From Candidatus Hydrogenedentales bacterium (GTDB lineage Bacteria; Hydrogenedentota; Hydrogenedentia; Hydrogenedentales; GCA-2746185): a DNA stretch of 64,000 bases. A program made the position numbers and the translations under genes. The notes beneath the pieces were generated by a model, which was given only the letters and a program-made list of their open reading frames with translations, ran no database searches and was not told the DNA's origin. Position 1 is the first letter of the stretch; the number at the start of each line of letters is the position of its first letter. The stretch spans positions 21,085 to 85,084 of the forward strand of contig JBCLBO010000002.1 in NCBI GenBank assembly GCA_038916785.1. Reading direction: 5' to 3'. This document shows positions 57,194 to 64,000 of the stretch, one piece after another.

Positions 57194-57205
57194 GATTCGC
57201 CGCCT

Positions 57206-60200
57206 ATGACGATGACCACCGGCCTCACTCAGAGCGTGAGCACCACGTGCAGCTATTGCGGCGTGGGGTGCGGCGTGCGCGTGCGGCGTGACGGCGCGGG
57301 GCGGCTCCAGCTCGACGGGGATCCCGATCATCCCTCGAGCCACGGGATGCTGTGCTCGAAAGGGCGCGCGCTGCATCACGTCGTGCAGGACACGCGCGAC
57401 CGGCTGCTGTATCCGCAGATGCGGCGCAGCCGCGGGCACCCGCTGGAACGGGTGGATTGGGACTCGGCATTGACGCGCGCGGCGGCCGCGTTCAAGTCAA
57501 TCATCGCGCGCTACGGTCCGGAGGCCGTGGGATTCTACGTCTCCGGACAGTGCCTCACGGAGGAATACTACGTCGCAAACAAGCTGATGAAGGGATTCAT
57601 CGGCTGCAACAATATAGACACGAATTCGCGCTTGTGCATGAGTTCGGCGGTGGTGGGTTACACGCTGGCGCTGGGAGACGACCTGTGCCCGATGAGTTAC
57701 GACGACATTGAGCACGGCGACTGCTTCCTGATCGCCGGGGCCAATCCGGCGTTCTGCCATCCGATATTGTTCCGCCGTCTGGAGATCCATAAACAGGCGC
57801 GGCCCGGCGCGCGCGTTATCGTCGCCGACCCGCGCAGGACGCAGAGCTGCGAACTGGCCGACTTGCATCTCCAGCTCCAGCCCGGCACGGACGTCGCCCT
57901 CTTCAACGCGATTGCCCGGGAGTTGATCGAGCGCGAGGCCATCGACAAAGGTTTCATCGACGCCCACACGGCCGGCTTCGAGCGGCTGCGCGAGTCGGCG
58001 ATGGCGCTCACGCTCTCCGAGGCGGCGGCGATTTGCCGGCTCCGCGCGGACGACATCCGCACCGCGGCCGCGTGGATCGGCGAAGCGAAGGCCTTCCAGA
58101 CGTGGTGGGCCATGGGGCTCAATCAGAGCTCCGTGGGCGTGGACAAGAACGTCGCACTTCTAAATTTGTCCTTGCTCACCGGCCAGATCGGCAAGCCGGG
58201 CGCGGGGCCATTCTCGCTGACGGGCCAGCCCAACGCGATGGGCGGACGCGAGGTGGGCGGGCTGGCCACCACGCTGGCGGCGCACCGCGACCTGGCGAAC
58301 CCGGACCACCGGGCGGAAGTCGCGCGCTACTGGGGCGTGCCGCGGGTCTCCGAGAAACCCGGCCTGACCGCGACCGAAATGTTCGACGCGCTGGACAGCG
58401 GCCGGATGCGGGCCATCTGGATTGTCAACACGAATCCCGCGGTGTCCTTGCCCGATCTGAATCGAGTGGAGCGCGCCTTGCTCGCTTCGCGGTTTGTGGT
58501 GGTGCAGGAGATTTCGTCGCTCTCGGACACGGTCGCGTTCGCCGACCTGGTATTGCCGGCCGCCGGCTGGCTCGAGAAGGAAGGGACGATGACCAACTCC
58601 GAGCGCCGGGTGGGCTTGGTGCGTAAACTGGTGGACGCCCCCGGCGAGGCACTTCCGGACGCCGAGATTTTGTGCCGCTTCGCGGAGAAGATGGGTTGGG
58701 GCGCTTCGTTTGCCTACGCATCGCCGGAGGCGATTTTCCGCGAGCACGCTGCGCTGACCCGCGGCACTCCCATCGATATGAGCGGCATCACGTATCGGCG
58801 GCTGCGCGCGGAGGGCCCGCTCCAGTGGCCCTGTCCGTCGGAAGACCACCCGGGCACGCCGCGCCTCTTCGTCGACGGCAAGTTCGCCACCGCGGATGGC
58901 CGTGCGCGGCTGCACAGTGTTTCGTATGAGGCCCCGCTGGAGACCGTGACGGACCGCCTGCCCTATGTGCTGACGACGGGGCGCCTGCGCGATCAGTGGC
59001 ACACGATGACCCGCACGGGCAAAGTGAACAAGCTGCGCAGCCATGAGCCTGAGCCGTTTGTAGAGGTCCATCCGGACGACGCCGCGGAGCAGGGCCTCTC
59101 GGACGGAAGCACGGCGCGGATCGAAAACGATCGCGGCGAAGTGCTCGCCCGCGTGCGGTGTACGGACACGATCAAGCGGGGCACCGTCTTCCTGCCGATG
59201 CACTGGGGCAAAGCACTGCAGAGCGGCCGTGCGCGGACGAACCTCGTCACCAATCCGCGGGTGGACCCGCGATCGCGCCAGCCGGACTTCAAGTTTGCCG
59301 CCGTGAGGTTGGCGCCGGTGCCGCGCGTGCCGCGCCGGATTGTAGTCATCGGCGCGGGCGCGGCGGCGCTTCAGTTCATTTCGGTCTACTGCGAGAAAAA
59401 TCGCGACGATCGGATCACGGTCCTCGGCAACGAGCCCGAGGGTTTTTACGATCGAATTCGTCTGCCGGACTATCTCGCGCTCAAGATAAGTTGGCCCGAA
59501 ATGCTTAGGGACTCGGGCGCTCCGGCCGGTGGCGGTGTGGAAGTGCGGGCGGGTGTTTCGGCGCTGCGCATCGATCGAGAGAACAAACAGGTCGTCGACA
59601 GTTTCGGGATCGCGCACGCCTACGACGCGCTCCTCGTCGCCACCGGAAGCCACGCGGCCCCCGCCGTGAGCACGCCCGCCGGGATGCAGGGGATTTACAC
59701 GCTTCGTTCGCGCGCCGATGCCGACGCGATTCGGGCCGCGGCCGCGCCGGGCGCGCGCGCGGTGGTGCTGGGCGGCGGCCTGCTCGGTGTTGAGGTCGCC
59801 GCCGCGCTGCGCGGGCTTGGCCTGAGCGTGACGTTGCTGCATCGCTCGTCGCGCCTGATGAATGCGCAACTGGACGAGACGGCCGCGGGGATTTTGCGCG
59901 CGGACCTGGCCGATCGGGGCATCGACGTCGTCACACAGGACACCATCGCCCGCGCGCACGGAACGGCCCAGGTGCGCGGCGTCACGACGACGGGAGGGTT
60001 GTATCTGCCGTGCGACCTTCTGGTGTGCGCGATTGGCACGCGGGCAAACGACGAACTCGCGCGCGCGGCGGGCCTGCGCTGCGGCGACGGCGTGATCGTG
60101 GACGACGCGATGCGCGCCAGCGATCCCGACATCTTCGCCATTGGCGAGGTGGCCGAACACAAGGGCCAGCGGCACGGGACGACCCTGGCGGCGCAGCAGC

Positions 60201-60727
60201 AGGCGGATGTCGCCGCGGCGCAACTGAACGGCGCGGTGTGGACGCGTTACGCGGGCAGCGTTCCGGTCCACGTGGTCAAAGTGCCCGGGCTGGCGCTGGC
60301 GGCGCTCGGGAGCACGGCCGCGCCGCCGAATTCGACCGATACCTACGAAGAGATCGTCATGGACGATCGCGCGGAGCGGCTGTATCTCAAATGCATGGTG
60401 CATCGAAACCGCCTGGTCGGCGCGATCATGGCCGGAGACCTCTCGCGGCTGCCGCAGTTCAAGGCGTGGATCGAAAGCGGCATCGAACTCGACGGCGAGC
60501 GGCGAAATCTGCTCCGGTTGCGCGCGGAGTCGCCGGCGGCGGCCCCCCGGGGGCGGCTGGTCTGCGCGTGTTGTCAGGTGGGCGAGGAAAATCTGCGCGA
60601 CGCCATCGCCGGGGGCTGCGCGAATCTCGGCACGCTGGGCGAATCCACCGGCGCAGGGACTGGGTGCGGCAGTTGCCTGCCCGAACTCCGCGGACTGCTG
60701 CGGCGATGCGCGGCGGTACCGGTATGA
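57206..60727 (+). CDS. nasA: Assimilatory nitrate reductase: molybdopterin catalytic domain fused to an NAD(P)H-flavin reductase and a BFD-like 2Fe-2S module
   Basis: N-terminal 4Fe-4S motif CSYCGVGCG...C, then the molybdopterin oxidoreductase body. From about residue 710, a pyridine-nucleotide-disulfide reductase fold (IVVIGAGAAALQF..., AVVLGGGLLGVE) is followed by C-terminal CACCQV...CGSC. Confidence 0.9.
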   Translation: MTMTTGLTQSVSTTCSYCGVGCGVRVRRDGAGRLQLDGDPDHPSSHGMLCSKGRALHHVVQDTRDRLLYPQMRRSRGHPLERVDWDSALTRAAAAFKSIIARYGPEAVGFYVSGQCLTEEYYVANKLMKGFIGCNNIDTNSRLCMSSAVVGYTLALGDDLCPMSYDDIEHGDCFLIAGANPAFCHPILFRRLEIHKQARPGARVIVADPRRTQSCELADLHLQLQPGTDVALFNAIARELIEREAIDKGFIDAHTAGFERLRESAMALTLSEAAAICRLRADDIRTAAAWIGEAKAFQTWWAMGLNQSSVGVDKNVALLNLSLLTGQIGKPGAGPFSLTGQPNAMGGREVGGLATTLAAHRDLANPDHRAEVARYWGVPRVSEKPGLTATEMFDALDSGRMRAIWIVNTNPAVSLPDLNRVERALLASRFVVVQEISSLSDTVAFADLVLPAAGWLEKEGTMTNSERRVGLVRKLVDAPGEALPDAEILCRFAEKMGWGASFAYASPEAIFREHAALTRGTPIDMSGITYRRLRAEGPLQWPCPSEDHPGTPRLFVDGKFATADGRARLHSVSYEAPLETVTDRLPYVLTTGRLRDQWHTMTRTGKVNKLRSHEPEPFVEVHPDDAAEQGLSDGSTARIENDRGEVLARVRCTDTIKRGTVFLPMHWGKALQSGRARTNLVTNPRVDPRSRQPDFKFAAVRLAPVPRVPRRIVVIGAGAAALQFISVYCEKNRDDRITVLGNEPEGFYDRIRLPDYLALKISWPEMLRDSGAPAGGGVEVRAGVSALRIDRENKQVVDSFGIAHAYDALLVATGSHAAPAVSTPAGMQGIYTLRSRADADAIRAAAAPGARAVVLGGGLLGVEVAAALRGLGLSVTLLHRSSRLMNAQLDETAAGILRADLADRGIDVVTQDTIARAHGTAQVRGVTTTGGLYLPCDLLVCAIGTRANDELARAAGLRCGDGVIVDDAMRASDPDIFAIGEVAEHKGQRHGTTLAAQQQADVAAAQLNGAVWTRYAGSVPVHVVKVPGLALAALGSTAAPPNSTDTYEEIVMDDRAERLYLKCMVHRNRLVGAIMAGDLSRLPQFKAWIESGIELDGERRNLLRLRAESPAAAPRGRLVCACCQVGEENLRDAIAGGCANLGTLGESTGAGTGCGSCLPELRGLLRRCAAVPV

Positions 60728-62133
60728 AGAGCGGTCCAGAGATCGTCGCGTACCAGACGCGCGGGGGCCTGCTCTCGCTGGCTGAATTGCGATTGCTGGC
60801 CGAGGCGGCCACGGCCCAGGGTGACCCGCGGCTATTCGCCGTCGGGCGGCAGGAGATTGCTCTGAGCGGGCTCGGTTTCGCGCAGGCTATGCGGCTGCTG
60901 GGTCAGCCGGGCGGCCACATCCTGCAACCGTGGTCACCAACGCGGCCGGCGAACATCATGACGACGGGCCCCGTGGCCGGTCTCGACGGCACGAATCCTT
61001 GGCTGAGCGCTGGAGCGTTCCGGGACCTCCTCGAAAGCTTTCGGTTTGCGCCGAGGCGTTCGATCGCGTTGACCGATCCGTCGCAGGCGTATCTTCCCGC
61101 ATTTCTCGGCGAGATCAATTTTCTCGCGACGGATCAGCGGGACCAGTGGAGAATCCGGCTGGCGCTGCGCGAGTTTGGTGAGGAGTCGCTGCTGCCGGGA
61201 GCGATCCGCTCTCTCGACATTCCCAATGCCGTGGCGATCATCGAGAACTACGCCGACGCCGCGGCGCCGGGCAGCGATCCCTCCGAGTCCACGCGCGCGC
61301 TCACCGAGGCCCTTGAGCCTATTGGATTGCCGGCGCCGGCTTTCTCGTTTCCCAGCGTCAGCCGCTACCGGTGCCCTGCTGGCGCGCTGGTCATTCCGAT
61401 TCCGGAGGAGGGCATCCGCAGCGATTTCTGCCTCGACCTGTGCGTGTGGGCTGCGCGCCTGCCGGGGATTTCCGTGGGCCTGACCCCGTGGCGCACATTC
61501 CTGGTTCGGGGGCTCTCCGAGAGTGCAACGCGCGAACTCCGGGGCCTGTTGATTCGCCGCTGCGTGGCTGAAACCTGCGGCCCGTGGCGGCCGCATTTTT
61601 TGAATTCGCTGTCCGAAGACGGCGCCGAATGGCTGTGCCGTGCGGTGGAAGCCCGGTGTCCAGTGGACGCCGGCCTATCGATTGGCGTGGTCCCGGCGGA
61701 CGCCCCGGCGCCGGACCTACACGTGCTCGTGCGTGAGGGGCCGCGCACATCGCGATGGGGCCGCCTACGCCCCACGCGGTACTCCGTGCAACGCCGCAGT
61801 TCGTACGATGCGCGAAACGCTCCATGGACCCTTGTCGCGGCAGACATTCGACGGCGCGATCTGGGTAGCGTGGTCTTGCAGGCGATCGACATGCTCACGG
61901 GCCCGCCGCAATTGAGAGCGAACAACGAGGCAATGCCCATGGAAAATGTGGCGCCCGATTCCGCCGGATCCGCACTCCGGTGCCGATCCTGCCTCAATGA
62001 GTATGACGCGATCTACGGAGATTCCGCGGGCCGGATCGCGCCAGGGACCCCCTTCCGTCTGCTGTCCGAAGACTGGGGTTGCCCGGTGTGCGGCGGCCCA
62101 AAATCGGACTACGAAGCCGCCGCCGTCGCGTGA
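60724..62133 (+). CDS. Uncharacterised protein with C-terminal rubredoxin domain (possible nitrite/sulfite-reductase-ferredoxin-like N-terminus)
   Basis: The ATG overlaps the nasA stop (ATGA). The C-terminus RCRSCLNEYD...PGTPFRLLSEDWGCPVCGGPKSDY is a canonical rubredoxin CxxC...CxxC knuckle pair. The N-terminus GGLLSLAELRLLAEAA...RQEIALSGL loosely recalls the NiR/SiR ferredoxin-like half-domain. Confidence 0.65.
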   Translation: MKSGPEIVAYQTRGGLLSLAELRLLAEAATAQGDPRLFAVGRQEIALSGLGFAQAMRLLGQPGGHILQPWSPTRPANIMTTGPVAGLDGTNPWLSAGAFRDLLESFRFAPRRSIALTDPSQAYLPAFLGEINFLATDQRDQWRIRLALREFGEESLLPGAIRSLDIPNAVAIIENYADAAAPGSDPSESTRALTEALEPIGLPAPAFSFPSVSRYRCPAGALVIPIPEEGIRSDFCLDLCVWAARLPGISVGLTPWRTFLVRGLSESATRELRGLLIRRCVAETCGPWRPHFLNSLSEDGAEWLCRAVEARCPVDAGLSIGVVPADAPAPDLHVLVREGPRTSRWGRLRPTRYSVQRRSSYDARNAPWTLVAADIRRRDLGSVVLQAIDMLTGPPQLRANNEAMPMENVAPDSAGSALRCRSCLNEYDAIYGDSAGRIAPGTPFRLLSEDWGCPVCGGPKSDYEAAAVA

Positions 62134-62603
62134 CCAATGGGGTCGTCATTCGGGTCCTAAAATAGGATCGGCAGAGCCGGTGAAAAAGCCGATCTCGTTT
62201 GTCTGTTGTAGTCGCGGCGATAATGGTGGATTCAAAGTCTACGTGCAACAACTCCGTGATTAGAAGCGGTACTTCGCGGCCTATCCAAGCCGAAGGCTTG
62301 ACAGAAAGTAGCCAGTGGTCGCCGCAGCGCGGCGACCACCGGGTAGCGAAAAAAGCCGAAGCACCCTGGAGGGGGGGGTGCCAGAAGCCTTATGCATTTT
62401 CTGCGACCCCTCCAGGGTCGGTAGCACTGGCCAGGTATCCGGGGGTGTCGCTGCGCTCAACCCCCGGCTACTCTCTGGCAACTCTTCGAGTTGCACACCA
62501 CTCGAATCCGCCGTGTTCTATGCCTCGCGATCCGCTTAAAGGGCCAAACCCCAGGCAACTCGTCGAGTTGCGCCGGCGTGGCTACAGTTTTTCGACAAAT
62601 GCT

Positions 62604-62796
62604 CTAAATAGCCGGTGGTATACCTGGATCACTTCACTGTGCAGAAATAGATCGCGCTGGGCCCGTTGCGGCCAGATCAGGGTATGTCTTTCGGCGGACC
62701 GGCGGGGAGATTCTTCGCTACCGCTCAGAATGACAAAAGTGAAGGTTCCGGCGTGGAGAACACACCAGTGTCTCAGATTGATCACCGGCTATTTAG
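62604..62796 (-). mobile_element. 193-bp MITE-like element, copy 2 (inverted relative to copy 1)
   Basis: Same TIRs (62604-17 and 62783-96). Reading both sequences, I see no mismatch to the reverse complement of 47999-48191. TA is present at both junctions. Confidence 0.8.
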
Positions 62797-62848
62797 CGGC
62801 GGATAGCGCGCCGCCCAATGGACCACACGAACGTCAACCGGCAAAACC

Positions 62849-62876
62849 GATCCGTCCAATCCGTTAAATCCGTGGC
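62849..62876. repeat. Solitary triple-ATCCGT arm
   Basis: GATCCGTCCAATCCGTTAAATCCGTGGC, 52 nt from MITE copy 2. It is followed by a GAGACTGCTTCGTCGCGATCGCGCTTCTCGGAATGAC unit (62895-62931). Confidence 0.75.
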
Positions 62877-63016
62877 GAAAGGGGGTTACGCGACGAGACT
62901 GCTTCGTCGCGATCGCGCTTCTCGGAATGACGGTCAGCGGTTTGTGCGGACGCGCAAGTTGCTAGGGGCCTACATGATATTCTGAGCGTCCGAATCCGTC
63001 CGGGGAGGTCCCATCC

Positions 63017-64000
63017 ATGCGCCGTTTTCATTTTGCCGTCATCCCGACGCTCATTGCATTGGGCTCGGCCGCTTCCGCGCAGGAAACGCCTCCTGCGCCT
63101 GGCACCTCGCAGATCACGCGCGCCGATTTCGCGAACTCCTATCTGCGCGTCGAGCGCGCACTCGAAGGAAAGCAATTCGGCCCCGAGCAAACTGCACAAA
63201 TGAACACCACTTTCGATCAGGCCACGCTCGCCTTTTTCCAGAAAAAATTTGGCGACGCGATCCGGCAGATTGACAGCGTCACCACGTCGATCTGCGGCAA
63301 GGACGCCAATCCCGACTTCCTGCGGAAGGCCGCCGCGCTGCGGCTGCGGCTCGACCCGCCGGTCGCCATCGTGGGCGACTCGTCCCCCGCGGCGCTGCAC
63401 ATCGAGCAGATGTATCTGCCCGGAGTACCCGGCGAAGCGATCGAGGGGCGGGTCGAGGTGCGCGATCGCCTGGGCGAGGTGAAGGCCAGCGAAGATTTCA
63501 AGCTCCGCTTCGAGAAGGACCGTCCGGTTGAACTCGTGATGGCGGTGCGCGGCGACAAAGCGAGCCACGGCGTCGCCAATAAATGGTTCGCCGAGCCGGG
63601 GCGCTACACGCTGTGGATCGTCAGCGACAGCTTCACGCGCGCGCAGACCGGTGTCGTGTCCGCGCTGCCCGGTCCCAGCGGCCATTACGCGGTGGTCTCT
63701 AAACTGCTGCTGGCCGTGCGCGGCCACAATGCCGCGCGCCTCGACAAAATCCAGGCCACTAGCCCCGCGCTCGAACAGGCGCTCGCGTCGGTGAAGGCGC
63801 GGAACGAGCTGTTGACCGACACGCCTGACCCCGAAAACACCGCGCAATACGTGCTCGATCCGGTCAACTTGTCGAAGGAAATCGATCTGGAAATCAGGGC
63901 GCTGGAGGCCGGCGCTGACCCCTTCTCCTTGCGCAGCGGCGATTACTGGCGCGTGCTCAAGATCGGCGACAAGGAAATCCCGATGCGCGTCTACGCGCCG
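63017..64000 (+). CDS. Secreted protein of unknown function, 3' end beyond window
   Basis: Not in the supplied ORF track because it has no stop in the window. The ATG at 63017 lies 8 nt after GGAGG. I read 328 codons to nt 64000 with no stop. Signal peptide MRRFHFAVIPTLIALGSAASAQ, and G/C-rich third positions like neighbouring genes. Confidence 0.6.
   Translation, partial: MRRFHFAVIPTLIALGSAASAQETPPAPGTSQITRADFANSYLRVERALEGKQFGPEQTAQMNTTFDQATLAFFQKKFGDAIRQIDSVTTSICGKDANPDFLRKAAALRLRLDPPVAIVGDSSPAALHIEQMYLPGVPGEAIEGRVEVRDRLGEVKASEDFKLRFEKDRPVELVMAVRGDKASHGVANKWFAEPGRYTLWIVSDSFTRAQTGVVSALPGPSGHYAVVSKLLLAVRGHNAARLDKIQATSPALEQALASVKARNELLTDTPDPENTAQYVLDPVNLSKEIDLEIRALEAGADPFSLRSGDYWRVLKIGDKEIPMRVYAP

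Noticed and set aside
58160-60403. 747-aa minus-strand ORF. Similar cases are 50076-51551 (491 aa) and 19025-20068 (347 aa).
   Set aside because: These are antisense to nasA, bioA and tyrS respectively, all of which carry unambiguous motifs. They are GC-driven stop-free frames.
60010-60723. 5' extension of the rubredoxin-fusion ORF (the 707-aa version in the ORF track)
   Set aside because: It overlaps the C-terminal reductase/BFD part of nasA in another frame and is Arg/Gly/Pro-rich. The ATG at 60724, overlapping the nasA stop, is the credible start.
62864-63847. 327-aa minus-strand ORF
   Set aside because: It is antisense to an open plus-strand frame (63017 to the window end) that has an SD, a signal peptide and native-looking codon bias.

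Overview
High-GC bacterial chromosomal window, gene-dense and mostly housekeeping. I cannot assign a taxon from sequence alone. No rRNA, tRNA or CRISPR array was found.

Recognisable genes, in order:
- uvrB (5' partial)
- an isolated sigma-28-driven fliC-flaG unit
- an OB/HD YhaM-like nuclease, an M14 carboxypeptidase, an alkaline-phosphatase-family enzyme and an acyl-CoA synthetase
- queC, several hydrolases and tyrS
- two ECF sigma/anti-sigma modules
- menB-menA-menE, an orphan peptide-type ABC binding protein and rplJ-rplL
- gloB-like, pfkA, dapB, two DinB paralogs, purE, eda and bioF-bioD-bioA
- a nitrate-assimilation cluster: fused nirBD, narK, fused nasA-reductase and a rubredoxin-tailed protein

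Small AT-richer accessory genes are interspersed: an FRG-domain gene, DUF3800, a GxxExxY gene, HicAB, ParDE and a nucleotidyltransferase pair.

Most unusual signals:
1. A textbook sigma-28 promoter about 470 nt upstream of flagellin, followed by a GC-rich, hairpin-dense leader whose hairpins display GGA loops.
2. Nested intergenic palindromes whose outer arms are tandem 9-nt units. Several sequence families share this one architecture. One pair brackets a GxxExxY gene inside the men operon, and another sits inside the bio operon.
3. Two identical 193-bp MITE-like elements in inverted orientation that bracket the 14.4-kb bio plus nitrate-assimilation segment.
4. Divergent sigma-54-type promoters in the nir/nar intergenic region.
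5. An uncharacterised rubredoxin-fusion gene translationally coupled to nasA.

All functional calls rest on motif recognition in the translated ORFs. No database search was possible.
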